Source: an uncultured Candidatus Saccharibacteria bacterium (GTDB lineage: Bacteria; Patescibacteriota; Minisyncoccia; Phycocordibacterales; Phycocordibacteraceae). From it: DNA of 41,552 bases. The stretch spans positions 1-41,552 of the forward strand of contig CAYWQN010000003.1 of assembly GCA_964460875.1 (NCBI GenBank), in the 5' to 3' direction. The notes under the pieces are model-generated. The model saw nothing but the letters and a program-made list of their open reading frames with translations, had not been told where the DNA came from and did no database searches. Shown one piece after another: positions 33,063 to 41,552 of this stretch (the first letter of the stretch is position 1; every line of letters starts with the position of its first letter). The position numbers and the translations under genes were made by a program.

Positions 33063-33108
33063 GATCGATTGAATCCTATCCCTAAATGCGCTATTGTGCG
33101 AGACGTAC

Positions 33109-33181
33109 GGGCGATTAGCTCAGTTGGTAGAGCATCTCATTGACGTTGAGAGGGTCAGAGGTTCGAATCCTCTATCGCCCA
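33109..33181 (+). tRNA. tRNA-Val (anticodon GAC), no encoded CCA
   Basis: Hand-folded: GGGCGAT acceptor, D-arm GCTC-AGTTGGTA-GAGC, anticodon loop TTGACGT, T-arm AGAGG-TTCGAAT-CCTCT. 73 nt. Confidence 0.9.
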
Positions 33182-33186
33182 CCCGT

Positions 33187-34188
33187 ATGAACCCCGTCGC
33201 GAAACTTTTCGTATTGCCCGTGCTGCTTTCTATCTTCCTGCTTGCGGGAGTCTTCATGTGGGGAGGGTTCCACGCGCTCGCGCTCGCCGTGCTCCTCACC
33301 GTTCTTGAAGTAACCCTGTCGTTCGATAACGCGGTGGTGAACGCCCGCGTGCTCGGTAAGATGAATGCGAAATGGCAGCAGCGCTTTCTGACCTGGGGCA
33401 TCCTGTTTGCGGTGGTTATCACGCGATTCGTGCTCCCGATATTCATCGTCGCGGTATCAGTGGCCATGAGCCCATGGGCCGTCGCCAAGCTTGCCGCCTT
33501 TGACCCGGCCCACTACGGCGAACTCCTCGAAGGCGCCCACTACGCCATCTCTTCGTTCGGCGGCGCATTCCTCCTCATGGTGTCGTTGAAATACTTCTTC
33601 GATGAGCGCAAGGACATTCACTGGATTCGTTCTGTCGAGCGCATGCTCGCGCGCTTTGGCCGCATCGAAGCGCTCGAGCTCGGTCTCGCGCTCACCCTGC
33701 TTGCCGTGATGGCGTTCTTGCTGCCGGCGCAGTCCGCCACCATTCTCTTCTCTGGCATTATCGGCATCATCCTTTTCATCGCCATGCAGGGCGTCGCGAA
33801 TTCGTTCACGCTTGAGACGGGCAAGGCGGTGGCTGCCGGAAGCGCAGCGCTCTTCGTGTACTTGAACGTGCTTGATGCGGCGTTCTCATTGGACGGCGTC
33901 ATCGGCGCCTTCGCCATCACGAGTCAGCTCCCCGTCATCGTCGCAGGCCTTGGCATCGGCGCATACTTCGTTCGTACGCTTACGGTGTTCCTCGTGCGTC
34001 AAAAGACGCTTGATACCCTGATCTATCTTGAGCACGGAGCGCACTGGGCGATTCTCGGACTTGCTGCGGCGATGTTTGCAAGCCTCTTCTATCGGGTGCC
34101 GGAGGTGATTACCGGTCTTGTGGGCGTCGTGTTCGTCGGCGCTGCGTACTGGTCGTCGCTTCAGGAACAGAAAAAAGCCGGCGCATAG
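33187..34188 (+). CDS. DUF475 / TerC-related integral membrane protein
   Basis: LEVTLSFDNAVVNARVL and LDAAFSLDGVIGAFAIT signature repeats. The track ORF (33094) runs through the tRNA. ATG 33187 is 5 nt after the tRNA end. Confidence 0.8.
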   Translation: MNPVAKLFVLPVLLSIFLLAGVFMWGGFHALALAVLLTVLEVTLSFDNAVVNARVLGKMNAKWQQRFLTWGILFAVVITRFVLPIFIVAVSVAMSPWAVAKLAAFDPAHYGELLEGAHYAISSFGGAFLLMVSLKYFFDERKDIHWIRSVERMLARFGRIEALELGLALTLLAVMAFLLPAQSATILFSGIIGIILFIAMQGVANSFTLETGKAVAAGSAALFVYLNVLDAAFSLDGVIGAFAITSQLPVIVAGLGIGAYFVRTLTVFLVRQKTLDTLIYLEHGAHWAILGLAAAMFASLFYRVPEVITGLVGVVFVGAAYWSSLQEQKKAGA

Positions 34189-34204
34189 TGGTATCGTGGA
34201 CTCT

Positions 34205-35056
34205 ATGGAACGCACGGTAATCCTGTACCACGGCGGCTGCCCAGACGGCTTCGGCGGCGCATATGCCGCATGGAAGAAATTCGGCGACGCGGCCGAATAC
34301 ATTCCGCTCCGCCACCAGAAGCCGGCGCCCGAAGGCCTTGCCGGCGCGCACCTCTACTTCATAGACTTCTGCTTCCCGAAGCCGATGATGGACGAGCTCG
34401 TGGCTATCGCCGCTTCCGTCACCGTGCTCGACCATCACGAGGGTGTGCGCGATATCGTCGAAACGATGCCCGAGCATGTGTATGACGTCGCGCGCTCAGG
34501 CGCCACTATCGCCTGGAGCTATTTCCATCCTGACGTTCCTGTCCCGTTGTTCTTCAAATACGTGCAGGACGGCGATTTGTATACGTTCAATCTCGACGAG
34601 TCGCGCCCCTTGCTCGCCTACCTCTACAGCTACCCGTTCGAATTCGGCATATGGGATACGCTCGTAGCGGAAGTCGAAGATGACACGAAGCGCGCGGAGA
34701 TGGTGCGCCGCGGCGAAGTGTTCAAAGAACACTCGGACGCGCTGATTCGAAACCTCGCAGAACGCGCCAAGCTCGTGCGGTTCGAAGGATACGACTGCTA
34801 CTTCGTCTCTTCGATAAGCGCGCTCACCTCGGACCTCGGCAATTACCTGGCACGCAAGCATGGCCCGTTGGCGCTCGCCGTACAGGCGCGGCCCGACGGC
34901 ATCCGCGTATCGCTGCGCGGCGACGGCACGGTGGATGTCGCAAAGATTGCGCAGAAGTACGGTGGAAACGGCCACCCGAGCTCTTCCGCCTTCTCCCTTC
35001 CTTGGGGAGCGCCCTTGCCCTGGGAAAAGATAGACGATGAAGATACTGGCGATTGA
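34205..35056 (+). CDS. DHH/DHHA1-family phosphoesterase (NrnA-like)
   Basis: HGGCPDGFGGA, VLDHHEG (DHH motif), GGNGHPSSSAF (DHHA1 GGGH motif). Start at MERTV. Confidence 0.8.
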   Translation: MERTVILYHGGCPDGFGGAYAAWKKFGDAAEYIPLRHQKPAPEGLAGAHLYFIDFCFPKPMMDELVAIAASVTVLDHHEGVRDIVETMPEHVYDVARSGATIAWSYFHPDVPVPLFFKYVQDGDLYTFNLDESRPLLAYLYSYPFEFGIWDTLVAEVEDDTKRAEMVRRGEVFKEHSDALIRNLAERAKLVRFEGYDCYFVSSISALTSDLGNYLARKHGPLALAVQARPDGIRVSLRGDGTVDVAKIAQKYGGNGHPSSSAFSLPWGAPLPWEKIDDEDTGD

Positions 35057-36206
35057 GACTTCGTGCGACGAGACTGCGGTCGCCATCCTTGCGTGCGCAG
35101 GCGACGACGCATCCGCTTCATTTACCGTCCTCGGGAATGCGCTTCTCTCGCAGATAGACATACATAAGGAATACGGCGGCGTGTATCCGGCGCTCGCGAA
35201 ACGCGCTCACGCAAAGAATCTCACCGCGCTTCTTGGGAATGCGCTCGAAGAAGCGGAGCTTTTGCATGAAGAGGCGCAGAACATGACCGAAGAGAAGCGT
35301 GCGCAGATAGCATCAATTCTCGAGCGCGAGCCCGGGCTCGCGGATGCGTTCCTTGCATTCATTGGAGAGACGGAGAAGCCGGGCATCGACGCCGTCGCGG
35401 TGACGCATGGGCCGGGCCTCGAGCCTGCGCTGTGGGTCGGGGTCAACTTCGCGCGCGCCGTAGCCTTGGCGTGGGACCTTCCCATCATTCCGGTGAATCA
35501 CATGGAGGGCCACTTCCTGGCGGCGCTCGGCGAAAAAGATGGCGCGACTATTCTCGTAAAGGATGCGAAGCTTCCGGTGCTCGGCCTTCTCATTTCCGGC
35601 GGACACACGGAGCTTGATGTCATGAAGGAATGGCTCTCCTATGAGGCGCTCGGCGCGACTCAGGACGACGCCGTCGGCGAGGCGTTCGACAAGGTAGCGC
35701 GCATGATGGGTCTCCCATATCCGGGCGGCCCGGAAATCTCAAAGCTCGCCGATCGCGATCGCGAGGATGAGCGCACAAATCCATTCACGCTCCCCCGCCC
35801 CATGAAGCATACGGACGACTTCGATTTCTCATTCTCGGGGTTGAAAACTTCCGTGCTCTATAAGATTAAAGAGAAAGGAGAGCTCACCGATATCGAGAAA
35901 GAGCAGATGGCGCGTGCGTTCGAAGATGCGGTCACGGATGTCTTGTGGACGAAAACTTCGCGCGCGATACACGAGACGGGAGCGAACACGCTCGTCATCG
36001 GCGGAGGCGTCTCGGCAAACGCAGAAATTAAGCGCGTATTCGAGCGTAAGATTGCGGAAGAGCACCCCGGGGTACGCCTGCATATCCCGGCGCGCGAGCT
36101 CACCACCGATAATGCGGTGATGATAGGTATGGCCGGCTACTACCGCGCGCTCCGCAAAGAATTTTCCGCTGACGTGTCTGCCGACGGCAATTTGTCGCTC
36201 GCATAA
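35037..36206 (+). CDS. tsaD: tRNA N6-adenosine threonylcarbamoyltransferase
   Basis: MKILAIETSCDETAVAIL, NHMEGH, GGGVSAN. Overlaps the DHH gene by 20 nt. Confidence 0.92.
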   Translation: MKILAIETSCDETAVAILACAGDDASASFTVLGNALLSQIDIHKEYGGVYPALAKRAHAKNLTALLGNALEEAELLHEEAQNMTEEKRAQIASILEREPGLADAFLAFIGETEKPGIDAVAVTHGPGLEPALWVGVNFARAVALAWDLPIIPVNHMEGHFLAALGEKDGATILVKDAKLPVLGLLISGGHTELDVMKEWLSYEALGATQDDAVGEAFDKVARMMGLPYPGGPEISKLADRDREDERTNPFTLPRPMKHTDDFDFSFSGLKTSVLYKIKEKGELTDIEKEQMARAFEDAVTDVLWTKTSRAIHETGANTLVIGGGVSANAEIKRVFERKIAEEHPGVRLHIPARELTTDNAVMIGMAGYYRALRKEFSADVSADGNLSLA

Positions 36207-36208
36207 AA

Positions 36209-36238
36209 ATACCGGCGGACATTGCTGTCCGCCGGTAT
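36209..36238. terminator. Hairpin ATACCGGCGGACA-TTGC-TGTCCGCCGGTAT
   Basis: 13-bp perfect stem right after the tsaD stop. Confidence 0.75.
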
Positions 36239-36343
36239 ACCGATGAGGGAACGGTTCTTGTTCTGCCCTTGCCGGCATGCCGGGAGGTACAATTACCCGT
36301 TTAGAGGGCCGGAGCCCAACCAGGATCGGTAGTAAGGAGCTGT

Positions 36344-36652
36344 TTACGCTTCAGCCTTGCGCTGGAATTCGTGCTCCGCCTCGATATGACTGCGAACCTT
36401 CTGGAGCTCGCCATTGAGTTTGTCATATCCGACTTTGATTGAGACAGAATCCGCTCCGAGAGCTTCACCGAGGAATTCCGGGAGGAATCCTATGAGAAGC
36501 TCTCGAAGCTCCTCCAGGCTCGTTCCGCTTTCCTTGGCAAAAGCGCCAAGTTTTCGATGGGTAGAAGAAGAGAGGGTGAGTCCGTTCTCCCACAAGCGAA
36601 GACGCAGCAGCGCCCGGGTCACTTCAGCTTTTCGTTTTTCGTCCATAGGCAT
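36344..36652 (-). CDS. Hypothetical protein (102 aa)
   Basis: GGAGG lies 5 nt upstream of ATG 36652 and inside the longer track ORF, so the shorter start is preferred. Confidence 0.5.
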   Translation of the reverse strand: MPMDEKRKAEVTRALLRLRLWENGLTLSSSTHRKLGAFAKESGTSLEELRELLIGFLPEFLGEALGADSVSIKVGYDKLNGELQKVRSHIEAEHEFQRKAEA

Positions 36653-36766
36653 TTCTGCCTCCTTCGACCTCGCCATCATTAGCGAGTTTCCCCACTACAT
36701 ACCTATGCCCGCCTCCCGTCAAGAAGCCGAGCGGTAAAAGGCTTTATTTGCTATATTCCGTAGGTA

Positions 36767-38905
36767 ATGGACGATAAATTCCTCAAGCCCTACGACCCCG
36801 CAGGAGCGGAATCCCGCATCTACCCTATGTGGGAGAAAAGCGGCTATTTCAATCCGGACAATCTTCCGGGGGACCTGCTCGCGTCCACCGAAGGCAAAGC
36901 GTTCACCATCGTGATGCCGCCGCCTAACGCTAACGGCAATCTCCATGCCGGACACGCCCTGTTCGTCACCCTCCAGGACATCATCACCCGCTTCAAGCGC
37001 ATGCAGGGCTACCGCGCCCTGTGGATTCCAGGCGCCGATCACGCCGGATTCGAGACGCAGGTGGTGTATGAGAAGGTGCTCGAGAAAGAAGGCCGCTCGC
37101 GCTTCGGCATGGACCGGGACGCCCTCTATAAAGAAATCCTCGACTTCACGCTCGCGAACAAGGCGAACATGGAAGGACAGCTGAAGGCGCTCGGCGCGTC
37201 CTGCGATTGGTCGCGCGAAAAATTCACCCTCGACCCGGAGCTCGTGAAGAAGACGCAGGCGACGTTCGTGAAGATGTTCGAGGACGGCCTCGTCTATCGC
37301 GGCGCGCGCACCGTAAACTGGTGCCCGAAGCATCAAACCTCCCTTTCTGACGTCGAGACCGAGAGCGTCGAAGAGACCACCCCCTTCTATACCTTCAAGT
37401 ACGGCCCGTTCGATATCGGCACCGTGCGTCCTGAGACGAAGTTCGGCGACAAGTACGTCGTCATGCACCCGGACGACAAGCGGTACAGCGCCTGGAAGCA
37501 CGGGGACACCTTGGAAGTTGAATGGATTAACGGCCCGATTACCGCGACCGTCATCAAGGACAACGCGGCCGACATGGAGTTCGGTACGGGCGTCATGACC
37601 ATCACGCCGTGGCACTCGCAGATAGACTTCGAGATTGCGAAGCGCCACAGCCTCCCGATGGAACAGATCATCGACTGGCGCGGAAAGCTCCTCCCTATCG
37701 CCGCGGAGTTCGCAGGCACCAGCATCAAGGATGCGCGCGCGAAGAGCGTCGAGAAGCTCGCCGCAAAGGGTCTCCTCGTGTCGACTGATGCCGCATACAA
37801 GAACGTCGTCAAGAAATGCTACAAGTGCAGCACCATGATAGAGCCGCAGGTGAAAGACCAATGGTTCGTGAAGATGGCGCCTCTTGCGAACCTCGCCATT
37901 ACGGCCGTGAACAAGGGCGATGTGCGCTTCATTCCTGAGTACGAAGAGAAAACATTCCGCCACTGGATGGAAGGCACGCTGGACTGGAATATCAGCCGCC
38001 AGATAGTCTGGGGCATACCGATACCGGCCTGGCACAAGGATGGCGAATGGAAAGCTGGTGTTGAAAGCCCGGGCGAAGGATGGACACAGGACGCCGACAC
38101 CTTCGACACCTGGTTCTCTTCAGGCCAGTGGCCGCTTCTTACGACCGGGTATCCGGAAGGGCCGGATGCCGGATACTACCCGACGCATCTCATGGAAACC
38201 GGCCGCGACATTCTCTTCTTCTGGGTCGCGCGCATGATCATCTTCGGCCTGTACCTCACGGACCAGGTGCCATTCCCGACCGTGTATCTGCACGGACTCG
38301 TGAACGACGCCAATGGCAAGAAAATGAGCAAGTCCAAAGGCAACGTCATCAACCCGCTCACGCTGACGGAGAAATACGGCACGGACGCGCTGCGCATGGC
38401 GCTTGTCGTCGGCAATACGCCGGGGACTGACCTCGCGCTCCGCGAAGACAAGGTGAAGGGCTATAAGCATTTCGCGAACAAGCTGTGGAATATCGCCCGC
38501 TTCGTCTTTGAGTCCGCAGGAGACGCCGATCTTGCCGCGCCGCTTACGGAAGAAGATGCGGCGCTCATAGCGGAATTGGAAGAAGTAGCGCGCGGAGCCA
38601 CGACGAATCTGGAGGAATACCGCGTATACCTTGCGGCCGACGCGCTCTACCATTACGTATGGGACCGCTTTGCCGCAGAAATCCTCGAATCCTCGAAGCC
38701 TATACTCGGTACGCACGACACGCCGAGCTCTGCCGCTCCGGAAGTCATTGCGTCGCGCAAGACGCTTCTCATGAGGAACCTCCGCACATGCCTCGCCCTT
38801 CTGCACCCGTTCATGCCATTCATCACCGAAGAGATATGGTGCCATATGCGCGATTATAAGGATTTCCTCATGGTCACCCCGTGGCCGTCGAAGAAAGACG
38901 CATAA
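36767..38905 (+). CDS. valS: Valine--tRNA ligase, short form (712 aa)
   Basis: PPPNANGNLHAGHA (HIGH), KMSKSKGN, DTWFSSGQWP, editing-domain TVRPETKFGD. TGcTATATT lies 9 nt before the ATG. Confidence 0.93.
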   Translation: MDDKFLKPYDPAGAESRIYPMWEKSGYFNPDNLPGDLLASTEGKAFTIVMPPPNANGNLHAGHALFVTLQDIITRFKRMQGYRALWIPGADHAGFETQVVYEKVLEKEGRSRFGMDRDALYKEILDFTLANKANMEGQLKALGASCDWSREKFTLDPELVKKTQATFVKMFEDGLVYRGARTVNWCPKHQTSLSDVETESVEETTPFYTFKYGPFDIGTVRPETKFGDKYVVMHPDDKRYSAWKHGDTLEVEWINGPITATVIKDNAADMEFGTGVMTITPWHSQIDFEIAKRHSLPMEQIIDWRGKLLPIAAEFAGTSIKDARAKSVEKLAAKGLLVSTDAAYKNVVKKCYKCSTMIEPQVKDQWFVKMAPLANLAITAVNKGDVRFIPEYEEKTFRHWMEGTLDWNISRQIVWGIPIPAWHKDGEWKAGVESPGEGWTQDADTFDTWFSSGQWPLLTTGYPEGPDAGYYPTHLMETGRDILFFWVARMIIFGLYLTDQVPFPTVYLHGLVNDANGKKMSKSKGNVINPLTLTEKYGTDALRMALVVGNTPGTDLALREDKVKGYKHFANKLWNIARFVFESAGDADLAAPLTEEDAALIAELEEVARGATTNLEEYRVYLAADALYHYVWDRFAAEILESSKPILGTHDTPSSAAPEVIASRKTLLMRNLRTCLALLHPFMPFITEEIWCHMRDYKDFLMVTPWPSKKDA

Positions 38906-38936
38906 CCGCGTCGTACGCGCGGTATACTGGAGGGCG

Positions 38937-39689
38937 ATGCCCTCTCTCGAGACATTCGGCTATGCGTTCGTCGGCGGGCTGCTGCCTGCGCTTGCGTGGC
39001 TCTACTTCCTGCTCAAAGAAGAAGATCGCTGCCCTCAGCCGCGCTGGGCGGTAGTGCTCGCGTTCATCGCAGGCATGATAGCCGTACCGCTCGTGATGCC
39101 GCTTCAATCGCTTGCCTGCCGGGAATGGGCGGAGAGCGCCGTGCTCGCCTGCCAGGGCGGCCAGACCAGCCTTTTGGGCACTAAGGTCATCATCGCGTGG
39201 GCTGCCATAGAGGAGACGGCGAAGTACGCCGTCGCCGCCATATTCGTCCTGTGGCGCCGCGCTGCCGTAAGGAATTCGCTCGACATCGTCGCCACCATGC
39301 TCACCGTCGCCTTGGGCTTCGCGGCTCTTGAGAACGCGCTCTTCCTGCTTGCTCCCTTCTCGCAGGGATACCTTTTGCAAGCAATAGGACTGGGGAACCT
39401 TCGTTTCATCGGCTCGACACTCCTTCATGTCGTCGCGTCTTCCATCATCGGATTCTCACTCGCGTTTTCGTATCAGTCGTCGCGCCACATCCGCGCGCTT
39501 GCCGCGTCGATAGGACTTATCCTTGCCATCGCATTGCATGCGCTCTTTAATTTTTTTATAATCCAAGGAGATGGCTCGTATGTCATCCTCGCGCTCTTCA
39601 CCGTATGGACGGGCGCGGTGGCACTCTTCGCGGCGTTTGAGATACTGAAATATTTCCTCTACCGCAATTTACCAAAGAACACTTGCTAG
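38937..39689 (+). CDS. prsW: PrsW-family intramembrane metalloprotease
   Basis: AAIEETAKY (EExxK), GFAALENALF, HVVASSIIG motifs. Multiple TM helices. Confidence 0.8.
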   Translation: MPSLETFGYAFVGGLLPALAWLYFLLKEEDRCPQPRWAVVLAFIAGMIAVPLVMPLQSLACREWAESAVLACQGGQTSLLGTKVIIAWAAIEETAKYAVAAIFVLWRRAAVRNSLDIVATMLTVALGFAALENALFLLAPFSQGYLLQAIGLGNLRFIGSTLLHVVASSIIGFSLAFSYQSSRHIRALAASIGLILAIALHALFNFFIIQGDGSYVILALFTVWTGAVALFAAFEILKYFLYRNLPKNTC

Positions 39690-39693
39690 CATT

Positions 39694-40176
39694 ATGAAAA
39701 AGCGCTCCCTTTTCGACCGACTCGCAGGAACTCGTCCGGATGACGACTACGAATTCGATGACGATGTGGTTGAGACCGGGAGCGTGAAGCGCATGGCCGT
39801 ATCTTCCGGGAACCCTGTCATGCCTGCGCATCACGAAGAGCGCACCGAAGGCCACCTCCCCGTCGACATGTATCAGACCCCGACCGAGCTCGTCATCCGC
39901 ACCTTCGTCGCAGGCGTCCGGCCCGACGAGATGAACGTTTCCATCAGCCGCGACATGGTGGTTATCGAGGGTTCTCGCGAGGAGCGCAGCGAGGTATCAG
40001 CGCCAGACCACTTCAACCAGGAGCTCTTCTGGGGCACCTTCTCCCGCACCGTCATGCTCCCTCAGGAAGTGGACGTAGACGGCGCTCAGGCATCATCCAA
40101 AGACGGTCTTCTCACTATCGTGCTGCCGAAGCTCGATAAGACCCGCCAGACAAAGCTCAAAGTCCGCGCGAACTAG
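39694..40176 (+). CDS. Hsp20 / alpha-crystallin family small heat-shock protein
   Basis: LPVDMYQTPTELVIRTFVAGVRPDEMNVSI…FSRTVMLPQEVDVDGAQASSKDGLLTIVLPK. Confidence 0.88.
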   Translation: MKKRSLFDRLAGTRPDDDYEFDDDVVETGSVKRMAVSSGNPVMPAHHEERTEGHLPVDMYQTPTELVIRTFVAGVRPDEMNVSISRDMVVIEGSREERSEVSAPDHFNQELFWGTFSRTVMLPQEVDVDGAQASSKDGLLTIVLPKLDKTRQTKLKVRAN

Positions 40177-40305
40177 TCGGAACGTTTTAAAATTCTTGTC
40201 TGCTGCGTTATGGGCGCCCGCCCGGCTCTTTCTTCGTACTCTTGTACGATTCTTTCCCTGGTCTGCCCATGCCTTGCATCTAAGGAATTTTAAAGACGTT
40301 CCGGG
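40177..40305. repeat. About 18-bp inverted repeat (CGGAACGTTTTAAAATTC / GAATTTTAAAGACGTTCCG) bracketing an 89-nt spacer
   Basis: The arms abut the stop codons of two convergent genes. One bulged C. An internal ATGGGC…GCCCAT pairing is possible. Confidence 0.6.
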
Positions 40306-40306
40306 A

Positions 40307-41389
40307 CTATAAGGGGATCTCTTGAAGCGCTGGCGCCACGTCGGCGTTTTCAATATCGAAGCGGATGCGTCCAATAACCTGTCCCCCGGGGGTCTCTACC
40401 GAGACGCGCCACTTGCCTGGAGATGGTGCTTCCTGGATGGAGTAGCCGCGATAGCCGCCCGTGCGTCCGCCAGATATCGGGAATGCAACACGGCTTTCGG
40501 TAATCCATTTCCCGCCTACATGACGCTCCCAGCGATGCACAATCGTCGATGAGAATGAGATAGGCGCTGCGACCGCGCTATAGACATACAAGAATTCGCC
40601 TGGCGCCAGATGCACTGCCGGGGTGCGGAGATCCCACCACGCCTGCTCCCCTTCGCTTTGGGCTCGATACCCGCCCGGCACCTTCACGAGCGAGTGGTAG
40701 GCTGCGCCGTCTTTCATGGCAAGCGGCAGGGGCGGGATGACGCCGGTAAAATACGCTGCGTTCACGAGCGCTAGTATGGATGCGGCCGCAACGACTATCG
40801 CGCGCCGGCTTTCGAGATAGCGCGCCTTGTTCGCAAGCCGAAGAATAAGCAGGAAGAGGAGGAACGCGACGACTGCGGCAAACGTCGAAGCCGCGAATAC
40901 CCAGGGACCGAGCCTGCCGGCGAGAAACGGCAGAGCGAATATGAGATACGCATACAGGGCGAGGAAGAAGAGCGTGGTCTGAAACACCAGGTACTGCTTA
41001 TACTTCCGGAAGTACTCGCTCCCCGCATACGCTACTACCAAGGCAAGAATGAAGGGCCACGATGCGGCGAGCACGGCGTTCTTCGTATAAAAGACGACGA
41101 ACCCCGACATGAGGTTTCCGAGCGTGTATTGCGCGCCAAGCGGGAAGACGACTGCGAAGGTGCGACGCCACCACGACGCGCTCTCCCCTGCCTCGGGGAA
41201 TATATGCGAGCCCAGCGTGCAGAGCGCCGCGAGCGCGAGATACGTGACAAAGAACCAATTGACGACGCTCGAGGGGAGAAGTCCGAACGTCAGGATATCG
41301 CTTACGAAGCCTCCCACGAAAAGGAGTGCGCCGAGCCGCCGTTCATGCCTGGCCGCCCAGGAGAGAACCCGCGAAAATGCAGCAGACAT
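40307..41389 (-). CDS. DUF2914-type integral membrane protein
   Basis: About 8 TM helices, then a C-terminal domain HRWERHVGGKW…ISGGRTGGYRGYS…GKWRVSVETPGGQVIGRIRFDI that matches DUF2914 as I recall it. Confidence 0.7.
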   Translation of the reverse strand: MSAAFSRVLSWAARHERRLGALLFVGGFVSDILTFGLLPSSVVNWFFVTYLALAALCTLGSHIFPEAGESASWWRRTFAVVFPLGAQYTLGNLMSGFVVFYTKNAVLAASWPFILALVVAYAGSEYFRKYKQYLVFQTTLFFLALYAYLIFALPFLAGRLGPWVFAASTFAAVVAFLLFLLILRLANKARYLESRRAIVVAAASILALVNAAYFTGVIPPLPLAMKDGAAYHSLVKVPGGYRAQSEGEQAWWDLRTPAVHLAPGEFLYVYSAVAAPISFSSTIVHRWERHVGGKWITESRVAFPISGGRTGGYRGYSIQEAPSPGKWRVSVETPGGQVIGRIRFDIENADVAPALQEIPL

Positions 41390-41552
41390 AGGTTTATACT
41401 ACACGAATTCCAGCATCCAAAAGCAAGGGATGAGAGTTTTTAAATGGCATGATAGGATAGCCGGAGTCGGGTATTTGCCTGGATAAGCCTCCCTCCGGTC
41501 GGCTTGTCTTACGCTTACTCGACGAATATCAGAATATGCCTTCAGCGCATTC

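Noticed and set aside
33094-33186. N-terminal extension of the DUF475 ORF given in the ORF track (start 33094).
   Set aside because: That stretch is the tRNA-Val gene. The real CDS starts at ATG 33187.
1-41552. CRISPR arrays, IS elements or transposases, integrases, rRNA genes, toxin-antitoxin pairs.
   Set aside because: None found. There are no regularly spaced direct repeats and no ORF with recombinase, transposase or toxin motifs. The RHH gene has no adjacent partner.

Overview
High-GC window (about 60% by eye), densely packed with about 50 protein genes and 3 tRNAs. There is no rRNA, CRISPR array, transposase or integrase. Most content is housekeeping, in an arrangement typical of a small-genome uncultivated bacterium, possibly Patescibacteria/CPR (an inference from gene content only). 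Recognised genes: pth, lepB, rpsU, ybeY, ftsA, ftsZ, trxB, prs, purF, an RlmB-like SpoU methyltransferase, an M1 aminopeptidase, truB, a PfkB kinase, ahcY, tsaC, tsaD, valS, prsW and hsp20. Also present are an ArsR/SRPBCC/DoxX operon and two DMT transporters. About 12 orphan or poorly characterised genes lie between these. I found no recognisable complete new system. The signals most worth a second look are listed here. (1) At least 17 genes have an extended -10 box 6-9 nt from the ATG, which suggests leaderless expression; one 8-bp palindromic -10 appears to serve two divergent genes. (2) A conserved hairpin-containing repeat occurs 3 times in 3' intergenic regions. (3) A 17-nt duplicate of the tRNA-Ser 3' end closes a 183-nt structured spacer ahead of a terminator. 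(4) A tight purF / ATP-grasp / prs / orphan operon. (5) A degenerate HisRS paralog is start/stop-coupled to lepB. (6) Stand-alone RNA polymerase alpha-CTD-like and other helix-hairpin-helix (HhH) proteins, plus a 449-aa orphan next to the tRNA locus. All coordinates, start-codon choices and motif counts were read by hand and need computational confirmation.
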